This document shows, piece after piece, positions 54,517 through 64,000 of a stretch of DNA of 64,000 nucleotides. The stretch is from Eledone cirrhosa. Taxonomy: Eukaryota. Numbering within the stretch: position 1 is the first letter of the stretch; every line of letters starts with the position of its first letter. The position numbers were made by a program, and so were the translations under genes. Below the pieces are notes generated by a model. The model was not told where the DNA came from, did not search any database, and was given only the letters and a program-made list of their open reading frames with translations. The stretch lies in the NCBI GenBank assembly GCA_964016885.1, contig OZ024744.1:96720001-96784000 (forward strand), given 5' to 3'.

Positions 54517-57500
54517 CCTCGATAAGAGTGTTTAAATATCGAACATAAACAGTTCGAATAACGGTGAAATGGAGACTAGAACGTCATGTGACAGACTCTC
54601 ACCCAACAGGTGCCCCCTGGCTCAGCAGCAGGAACCTGACTGTCAACCAAATACTGCTGATGTTGGAGGAAGGAGAAGAAGGAAAGGGGCCAGAACCAAC
54701 TGGACGAAAGAATTGAATAGAACTGTTCTGCAATGCTACCTGAAAAGTAACCCCAAGGAGAGGGGCTACAGGAGACGGATGCATAACATCTGGAACGAGA
54801 TTGGTTTATTTAAATTAGATGAACAAAAATTGGCCGGGCAGGCTCGGGTAATAAGAACTAATGGGTGGATAAGCGAGCTGGAACTGGAGGAACTGAGCAG
54901 AGAGAATGGCTTGGAGATGGCGGGTGTAGTATGCCAGACAAGCGAGCCGGTGGGAAATGAAGGTGAGGAGGTCCTGAGAACGGAGGAACCACCCGAAGCA
55001 GACAATGATCTGAGTACTGAGATAAATAATACCTGGAACAGAGATACGGCCACTGAGGAGATGAATGCTGACGGACAAGAACAAGATTCGGTTGACATCC
55101 TAAATTTAGTGGTAGATGAATTGAACAATGATAGTGGGAGACCTATGAACCTAAGATTTGTAGACAGGAAAAAGTTAAAAGAAACAACAGCTAAGGTAAA
55201 CAAAGTCATCCCATACCTTGAGGCGAGGAGCCTTCACCAGTGCAACAATATCCTCAGAGCAACAGCAAATACGGTGAGGAAACTACTTGGTATAAAAGCG
55301 AGAGGAAACAACAGACAAGAAAGAGCAGAGCCGTGGTGGAAGAAGCGACTGAGTGGGCAAATCGGGGAAATGAGAAATGACATAGGAAAGCTTGAGTCAC
55401 TACTGAATGGGACACTAAAAAACATAGGCACTAAAAATAGACTGGAAATAAAATACAAAACTAGGAGTAAAAAGCTAAATATTATCATAGAGGAATTGAA
55501 GCAACGCATTGTAGCAAAGAGTGCAAAAATCAGGCGATACGAGAACAGAGTCAGTCAGTATAAACAGAACCGCATGTTCGACAACAACCAGAAGATGCTG
55601 TTTGGACAGCTTGAGGGCAAAGAAAGAGGCAAGGATGTTAGACACAATGCCCAGGCAGGGTGGATTGAGACAGTACAGAGGGAGATCGATGAGCAGGCAC
55701 AGCAACAGACTGATTTGAGTATCACAGTTGAAACTCTTAAGGGACAAGCCAAAAAACTAACCAACTGGAAATCGCCAGGCCCAGATGGTGTGCAGGGGTA
55801 TTGGATTAAACATCTAACATCCCTCCACCCGAAGCTGACGGCCATGTTCAATGACTGCTTGGTGTCGGGTGAGGTGCCAGAGTGGTTGACAAAAGGTACC
55901 ACAGTTCTGATAATGAAAGACCGAATCAAGGGTAATGATGCTACCAACTATAGACCTATCACATGTCTGCCCGTAATGTGGAAACTGTTGACGAGCATTG
56001 TGTCTGAGGAAATCTACCATCACCTCCACACAAACAACTTGTTACCGGACGAACAGAAAGGATGCCGAAAGAAGTCACGTGGTACAAAGGACCAGTTGCT
56101 TATTGATAAGATGGTAATGGGGAATTGCAGGAGGAGACACACTGATCTTGCCATGGGATGGATAGACTACAGAAAGGCATTTGACATGGTGCCTCATTCC
56201 TGGATCACCAAAAGCCTAGAGATCTTCAGGGTGGCAGATAACATCAGACAGTTGCTAGGCAGGAGTATGGGGTCCTGGGAGACAGAGTTGACATCAACTG
56301 GAGTATCCTTGGGAAGCGTGAAGATCAAGAGAGGTATCTTCCAGGGAGATAGCCTGTCCCCTCTGTTGTTTGTCCTTGCCCTGATGCCCTTGACCATTAT
56401 GCTGCGAAAAGTGAGAGCAGGATACAAGTTGGGAAGGGGAGAGCTTACCATCAATCACCTCCTCTTCATGGACGATCTTAAGCTCTTCGGGAAAAGTGAG
56501 AAGGAGTTGGATGTGCTTGTTGACACTGTCCGTATTTTCAGCAGTGATATATGTATGCAGTTTGGTATTGGTAAATGTGGAGTCATTGTGATGAAGAGGG
56601 GTAGGTTGAGCAGAAGTAACGGGATCCAGATACCAACAGGTGAGATGATAAAGGAAATTGACTCTGAGGAAGGATACAAGTATTTGGGCGTTCTGGAGGC
56701 TGATGGCATAAAGAACAAAAAAATGAAGGAATTGTTAAGAACTGAATACATTCGGAGAGTAAGGAGCGTATTGAAGTCACATCTGAACAGCAGAAATGCC
56801 ATAAGCGCAGTAAATTCCCGAGCTGTGTCTATTATTAGGTACAGTGCGGGAATTCTGAGATGGAATGTTGCTGAACAGAAAGAAATGGATAGGAAGACTA
56901 GGAAGCTATTGACTATCTACAACATGTTCCACAAGAGGAGTGATGTCGATAGACTCTACCTAAGGAGATCTGAGGGTGGAAGAGGTCTTATCAGCATAGA
57001 GGACTGTGTTCAGATGGAGAAAAACAACCTATACAAATACGTGACCTATAGTAAGGAGCCAATGCTTGGACATCTCCCGGACAATAGGCCGGGAGATGTC
57101 CAAGGAGGAAATAACATCAAGGAGAAAGAGCAGCCTTCAGGAAAAATCCTTTCATAGTACCTTCTTTGAGAAAACTGAATTTAGAGATCCACAGACATGG
57201 AACTGGTTGAAAAGAGGAGACCTTAAAAAGGCTACAGAAGGAATGTTAATGGCTGCGCAGGAGCAGGCCCTCAAAACGAAGTGGTTGAAGCACCATATCT
57301 ACAAGGAGGAGGCCAGCCCACTGTGCAGGATCTGTGGAGATAGAGAGGAGACTGTGGCTCACATTGTGTCCGAGTGTAAACACCTAGCCCAGACCCACTA
57401 TAAGGGCTGGAGACACGATGTGATGGGCAGGGTGATCCACTGGCACCTGTGCAAAGTAAACAATCTACCACATTCTGAGAAATGGTATGAGCATAGGCCA

Positions 57501-58008
57501 GAGGCGGTGATGGAGAACAATCAGGTGAAGGTGCTGTGGGATTTTAGGATACAAACGGACAAAAAACTGGAACACAATAGACCTGACCTGGTGGTTGTGG
57601 ACAAAGAAAAAAGATCGTGCCTGATTGTGGATGTGGCCTGCCCGTTCGACACGAGAGTGCAAGAGAAGGAGAGGGAGAAAATTAACCGATACCAGGACCT
57701 AAAGTGGGAGGTGAAAAGGATTTGGAACTGCCATGAAGTCAAAGTGATCCCGATTGTCATAGGCGCACTGGGGACTATCTCCAAAAGTTTCCAGGGATGG
57801 TTAAAGAAAATCGGCCCCTTCACGCTTTTTGGAACGCTTCAAAAGGCATGCTTGCTTGGAACAGCAAGAACCCTCCGATACGTCCTGAATATCTGAGGCT
57901 GCAGGTAGTGGCTTGATATTCAATCCAACGGACTTTCCAGTTAACCAACACCAATGACTGAGATTCAAGGAATAACAACAACAATGGTAATAATAATAAT
58001 AATAATAA
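54517..58008 (+). mobile_element. Near-full-length R4/Dong-clade non-LTR retrotransposon in (AAT)n
   Basis: Single long RT + CCHC + RLE ORF with one frameshift; (AAT)n on both sides, as known for TAA-targeting Dong elements. Confidence 0.93.
54569..57896 (+). pseudogene. Dong/R4 polyprotein: RT, CCHC knuckle, restriction-like endonuclease (frameshift near 57066)
   Basis: NYRPITCL, EQKG, DYRKAFDMV, GIFQGDSLSP, LFMDD, YKYLG; CRIC...H...C; RHD; RPDLVV...DVACP..E.EKI. Confidence 0.92.
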
Positions 58009-58380
58009 TGATTTCTTTATTGGCCACAAGGGCTGACATCAAGAAAAAACATCACAGACGGAACAGGACGGTACGATGTGGGTTTTGTGCGTGTAAATAT
58101 TTTTATTATTTATATAAGAAAAGAAAAAAGACATAAAACATATATATATATAAACAATAAAATGAAAATTGAAACAATGAAAAATTCCCCAATAGGGGGG
58201 AAACCTCCGAGGGTTACTCGTGGCGAAAACCATACAAAAGACCACGGCCACACTGACCACCAGGGCAAGCGCCCTCTCTCAATTTTTCCATCTCTCAAAC
58301 TACAGACGTATATTCAGAGCGGTCCCGTTCACTCGGACCATTCTCGCTACATTCACCCACCTTTCAACAAACTTGCTAGA
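58009..58380 (-). mobile_element. 3' end of a probable Tx1/L1-like element, tail-to-tail with Dong
   Basis: Minus-strand C-terminus SSKFVERWVNVARMVRVNGTALNIRL*; terminus ggccaataaagaaatc(att)n also seen at 33389-33428. Confidence 0.55.
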
Positions 58381-59318
58381 AATAATAATAATAATAATAA
58401 TGATAAGAAGAAGAAAACGCACATGGTGGATATATATCGTTATCGAATCGCTCCCGTAAGTTTTTGATTTTTACTTCTTTAAAACAACTGTGATAGAATA
58501 ATTCTTATTACAAATGAACAATAAGATTACAGTTTTTACGTTCAGCAAGCCATAACGCATCAGTTTACGGCATAGGGCCCCAATATTTAATATTTAATTT
58601 TGGATCAGAAATGTTATAGTCGAAAAAGTGGAAAATGGCAAAATGGCTAAATAGCTAAATAGCTAAATGGCTAAGTGGACAGACAGAAAAATAATTTTAC
58701 CACCAACACCACCACCACTACCACGCTAAAAACTCTAGTCAAGTTACCTCAACTTTTATTTCTACTTCAACTTCAACACCATCACTACAGTACTACGATC
58801 ACATCACCTCCACCACTGCCTCATTATCGTTACCGCAGCTATTCTCTCCCAATACCTCCTGCTAAGTACTACTAGCACAGCACCACCACCACCACCACCA
58901 CTGCCTCATTATCACTACCGCCGCTATTCTCTCCCACTACCTCCTGCTAAGACATGCATCGTAGTGTCCCCACTAAAAGAGGAAGGCATCAAAATATATA
59001 AATAGACTAATTTGATGACCCGGTCAAAAAAATCAAAAAACCAAAAATCAAAATCAAAGCAGCACAGCAACAACGAAAAACATAAAGAAAAGAAAAATGA
59101 AAAGAAAAGCAAACAGACAGACAGAGAAGGGAAGGGAAAAACTAAGTCAGATATTCAAACATTACATTACAATGAAACTTATGCTTATTCTTTTTTGTTG
59201 TTGTTTTGCCTATTTGTTTGTTTGTTTATTTATTTCCGTCTACAGCGTGATAGTGCCACACAAAAATCACCGGGAGTGATGAAATCACCGGTGGTTATGT
59301 AACCAAACATTCACCAAT

Positions 59319-62300
59319 CCTCGATAAGAGTGTTTAAATGTCGAACCTAAACAGTTCGAATAACGGTGAAGTGGAGACTAGAATGTCATGTGACAGACTC
59401 TCACCCAGCAGGTGCTCCCTGGCTCAGCAGCAGGGACCTGGCTGTCAACCAAATACTGCTGGTGTCGGAGGAAGAAGAAGAAGGAAAGGGACCAGAACCA
59501 ACTGGACGAAAGAATTGAATAGAACTGTTATGCAATGTTACCTGAAGAGTAACCCCAAGGAGAAAGTCTATAGGAAACGGATGCATAACATCTGGAACGA
59601 GATTGGTCTATTTATATTAGATTAACAAAAATTGGCCGGGCAGGCTCGTGTAATAAGAACTAATGGTTGGATAAGCGAGCTGGAACTGGAGGAACTGAGC
59701 AAAGAGATTAGGTTGGAAATGGAGAGTGGAGTATGCCAGGCAAACGAGCCAGTGGGAAATGAAGGTGAAGAGGTTGAGAGAACGAGGGAACCATCCGAAG
59801 CAGACAATGATCTGAATGTTGAAATAAATAATACCTGGAACAAAGATACGGCCGTTGAGAAGATGAATGCTGACGGGCTAGGACAACATTTGGTTGATAT
59901 CCTAAACTTAGTGGTAGATGAATTGAACAATGATAGTGGGAAACCTATGAACCTAAGATTTGCAGACAGGAAAAAAGTTAAAAGAAACAACAGCTAAGGT
60001 AAACAAAGTTATCCCATACCTTGAGACGAGGAGCCTTCACCAGTGCAACAATATCCTCAAAGCAACAGCAAATGCGGTGAGGAAATTACTTGGTATAAAA
60101 GCGAGCGGAAACAACAAACAAGAAAGATCAGAACCTTGGTGGAAGAAACGACTGAATGGTCAAATCAGGGAAATGAGAAATGACATTGGAAAGCTTGAGT
60201 CCCTACTGAATGGGACACTAAAAAACATAGACACTAAAAATAGACTGGAAATAAAGTACAAAACTAGGAGGAAAAAGCTAAATATTATCACAGAGGAACT
60301 GAAGCAACGCATTGTAGCAAAGAGTACAAAAATTAGGCGATACGAGAGCAGAGTCAGTCAGTATAGACAGAACCGCATGTTTGACAACAACCAGAAGATG
60401 CTGTTTGGACAGCTTGAAGGGAAAGAAAGAGGCAACGACTTGATCCCTGAGGCGGAACAAACTAAAACATTCTGGAGAGGAATATGGGAGTAGGATGTTA
60501 AACATAATGACCAGGCAGTGTGGATTGAGACAGTACAAAAGGAGATTAGTGAACAGGCACACCAACAAACTGATTTGAGTATCACAGTTGAAACTCTTAA
60601 GGGGGAGGCCAAAAAACTAACCAACTGGAAATCACCAGGCCCAGATGGTGTGCAGGGGTATTGGATTAAAAATATAACATCCCTCAACCCGAAACTGACA
60701 ATCATGTTCAATGACTGCTTGATGTCAGGTGAGGTACCAGAGTGGTTGACAAAAGGTACCACAGTTCTGGTAATGAAAGACCGAATCAAGGGTAATGATG
60801 TTACCAACTATAGACCTATCACATGTCTGTCCGTAATGTGGAAACTGTTGACAAGAATTATGTCTGAGGAAATCTACCATCACCTCCACACAAACAACTT
60901 GTTACCGGACGAACAGAAAGGATGCCGAAAGAAGTCCCGTGGTACAAAGGACCAGTTACTTATTGATAAGATGGTAATGAGGAATTGCAAGAGGAGACAC
61001 ACTGGTCTTGCTATGGGATGGATAGACTACAAAAAGGCATTTGACATGGTGCCTCATTCTTGGATCACCAAAAGCCTAGAGATCTTCAAGGTGGCAGATA
61101 ACATCAGACATTTGTTGGGCAAAAGTATGAAGTCCTGGAAAACAGAGTTAACATCAGCTGGAGAATCCTTGGGAGGCGTGAAGATCAAGAGATGTATCTT
61201 CCAGGGAGATAGTCTGTCCCCTCTGTTGTTTGTCCTTGCCCTGATGCCCCTGCCCATTATACTGCGAAAAGTGAGAGCAGGATACAAGTTGGGAAAGGGA
61301 GAGCTTACCATCAATCACCTCCTCTTCATGGATGATCTTAAGCTCTTCGGGAAGAGTGAGAAGGAGTTGGATGTGCTTGTTGACACTGTCCGTATTTTCA
61401 GCAATGATATATGTATGCAATTTGGTATTAGTAAGTGTGGAGTCCTTCTGATGAAGAGGGGGTAAATTGAGCAGAAGCAACGGAATCCAGGTACCAACAG
61501 GTGAGATGATAAAGGAAATTGACACTGAAGAAGGATACACTTATTTGGGTGTTCTGGAGGCTGATGACATCAAGAACAAAAACAATGAAGGAATTGATAA
61601 GATCTGAATACATTCGGAGAGTAAGGAGCGTATTAAAGTCACATCTGAACAGTAGGAATGCCATAAGTAGGAATGCTGAGATGGAATGTTGCTGAACAAA
61701 AAGAAATGGATAGGAAGACTAGGAAGCTATTGACTATCTATAACATGTTCCACAAGAGTGGTGATGTCGATAGACTCTACTTAAGGAGATCTGAAGGTGG
61801 GATAGGTCTTATCAGCATAGAGGGCTGTGTTCAGATGGAGAAAAACAACCTACACAAATACGTGACTGATAGTAAGGAGCCAATGCTCAGAACTGTACTG
61901 AAGGAGGGGACAATAGGCCGGGAGATGTCCAAGGAGGAAATAACATCAAGGAGAAAGAGCAGCCTTCAGGAAAAATCCCTTCATAGTACCTTCTTTGAGA
62001 AAACTGAATTTAGAGATCCACAGACATGGAACTGGTTGAAAAGAGGAGACCTTAAAAAGGCTACAGAAGGAATGTTAATGGCTGCGCAGGAGCAGGCCCT
62101 CAAAACGAAGTGGTTGAAACACCACATTTACAAGGAGGAGGCTAGCCCACTGTGCAGGATCTGTGGAGAGAGAGAGGAGACTGTGGCTCACATTGTATCC
62201 GAGTGTAAACACCTAGCCCAGACTCACTATAAGGGCTGGAGACATGATGTGATGGGCAGGGTGATCCACTGGCACCTATGCAAAGTAAACAATTTACCAC

Positions 62301-62714
62301 ATTCTGAGAAGTGGTATGAGCATAAGCCAGAGGTGGTGATAGAAAACGATCAGGTGAAGGTGCTGTGGGATTTTAGGATACAGACGGACAAGAAACTGGA
62401 ACACAATAGACCTGACCTGGTGGTTTTGGACAAAGAAAAAAGATCGTGCCTGATTGTAGATGTAGCCTGCCCATTCGACACGAGGGTGCAAGAGAAGGAG
62501 AGGGAGAAAATTAACTGATACCAGGACTTAAAGTGGGAGGTAAAAAGGATTTGGAACTGCCATGAAGTCAAAGTGATCCCGATTGTCATAGGCGCACTAG
62601 GGACTATCTCAAAAAATTTCCAGGGATGGTTAAAGAAAATTGGCCCCTTCACGCTTTTTGGAACGCTTCAAAAGGCATGCTTGCTGGGAACAGCAAGAAC
62701 CCTCCGATACGTCC
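59319..62714 (+). mobile_element. Second R4/Dong copy with complete 5' end, multiple stops/frameshifts, 3' end replaced by (GAA)n
   Basis: Colinear with the 54517 copy from cctcgataagagtg to cgatacgtcc. Confidence 0.93.
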
Positions 62715-62884
62715 AGAAGAAGAAGAAGAAGAAGAAGAAGAAGAAGAAGAAGAAGAAGAAGAAGAAGAAGAAGAAGAAGAAGAAGAAGAAGAAGAAGAAG
62801 AAGAAGAAGAAGAAGAAGAAGGCGGCAGCGGCGGCGGCGGCAAAGAATATTTATTAGTACAAATTAAAAGTTTAAGCTAAAAGT

Positions 62885-63110
62885 TACTGCGTGCACCTCT
62901 GGCAGGCCCGACTGGCGGCACTTCAAAGGCTGTAGAGTTTATCTCGAACTGGCAAAGCTCCTCGGCAGCACAGTCAGGCCTGGGATTGCTAGAAGTTATC
63001 CATGCACCCTGAACCTAAAGTTCTCTGGAAAAGAGTGGCTAGTTGATTTTCCTCAATGACCAGAGTCTCCAACAAGGTCGTCATCTCTCTTACCGACCAT
63101 TAACCCTTTA
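62885..63110 (-). mobile_element. Tx1/L1-like fragment
   Basis: ctctggaaaagagtggctag...accattaacccttta similar to 38357-38446. Confidence 0.55.
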
Positions 63111-63231
63111 TATATATGGTGCATGTGCGCGTATGTACGTTTGTGTGTGTATGAGTGTAAATGCGTGTGTGTATATGTAGTAAACCAAAGTTAGACAGAC
63201 GAGTAGCGTGTGAGCTGTAATGTGATAAATC

Positions 63232-63438
63232 TGTTACTACTTTTGGTACAAGGCCAGCAATTATCCCAGTGCATCACTGGTACTTTATTTTATCGACCCT
63301 GTAAAGATGAAAGACAAATTTAACCTCGGCGGGATTTGAACTCAGAATGGCAAGGGCCGTAACTCTAGGCGTCAAAGCATGGCGTCTGACCCTCTACCGA
63401 TACTGCCAATCCACCACCGCTCGCCAATCCACCGCCCC
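63232..63438 (-). mobile_element. tRNA-derived SINE
   Basis: Family consensus match. Confidence 0.85.
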
Positions 63439-63736
63439 TTACCAATCCAAATCAAATGCATGGTTGACAGAATATCGGGACAGGCAGAAAGAAAAGGGAT
63501 TGTGATAACAGACGAGATTTTACTATGGAACATGTACCTGTCTTCAAAGTCTAGTGACGGATGTTCAATGTTGGTATCACAATCCTTTTGTTCTTGCCAT
63601 TTCCTAGATTCTGCCTACTGACAAAACCGCGAGCTTAGAGGAGTCAACTGAGGATTAGAATTTCCCTTGTTTTTGTTATATGCATCACACTCCTCATTTA
63701 GTTATTGATTAGGCGAAACCCGCTAACGAAGCCACA

Positions 63737-63870
63737 TCCTAACCCAACTCCTAACCCAAACCCTAACCCAAACCCTAACCCAAATCCTAACCCAAACCCT
63801 AACCCAAACCCTAACCCAAACCCTAACCCAAATCCTAACCCAAACCCTAACCCAAACCCAACACTAACAC
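63737..63870. repeat. Telomere-like 12-mer (CCCTAACCCAAA)n
   Basis: About 10 units, followed by the ccggtaaaata/tattttaccgg inverted repeat. Confidence 0.85.
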
Positions 63871-64000
63871 TATTTGTATTTACTAGTACCGGTAAAATAA
63901 ACTTAAGACGCATGTTTGTCTATTTTACCGGGACCGGCAAAGTAGCCTATTCGAAATATTTTTGTAACACTAAAGCGTGTTATTTTGTAGCTCAAGACCC

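Noticed and set aside
54517-54670. HDV-like ribozyme at the Dong 5' end
   Set aside because: The helices found cannot be ordered as P1-P2-P3-P1.1-P4

Overview
AT-rich, microsatellite-saturated animal DNA; the SINE families and the (TA)n/(CA)n/(AAT)n/(CCA)n load suggest an octopus (inference). The only host coding sequence I can support is one 231-nt minus-strand exon (5391-5621) encoding the PAS domain of an ether-a-go-go (eag/KCNH1/5) K+ channel. No other eag exon was found, so much of the window may be eag intron 1. The rest is transposon-derived: many tRNA-headed SINEs, hAT/piggyBac/pogo-like MITEs, RTE, Tx1/L1 and CRE fragments, and a plus-strand cluster of R4/Dong-type RLE retrotransposons, two with apparently complete 5' ends (54517, 59319). 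The least obvious signal is a set of short non-coding Penelope-like termini sitting in (TA)n tracts. They carry type-I hammerhead ribozymes (three with intact cores, some with long stem II), fold-back inversions centred on the ribozyme, and a shared terminal octamer. Nearly all long ORFs in the track are simple-repeat artefacts. All RNA structures were paired by eye, with no folding or database search.
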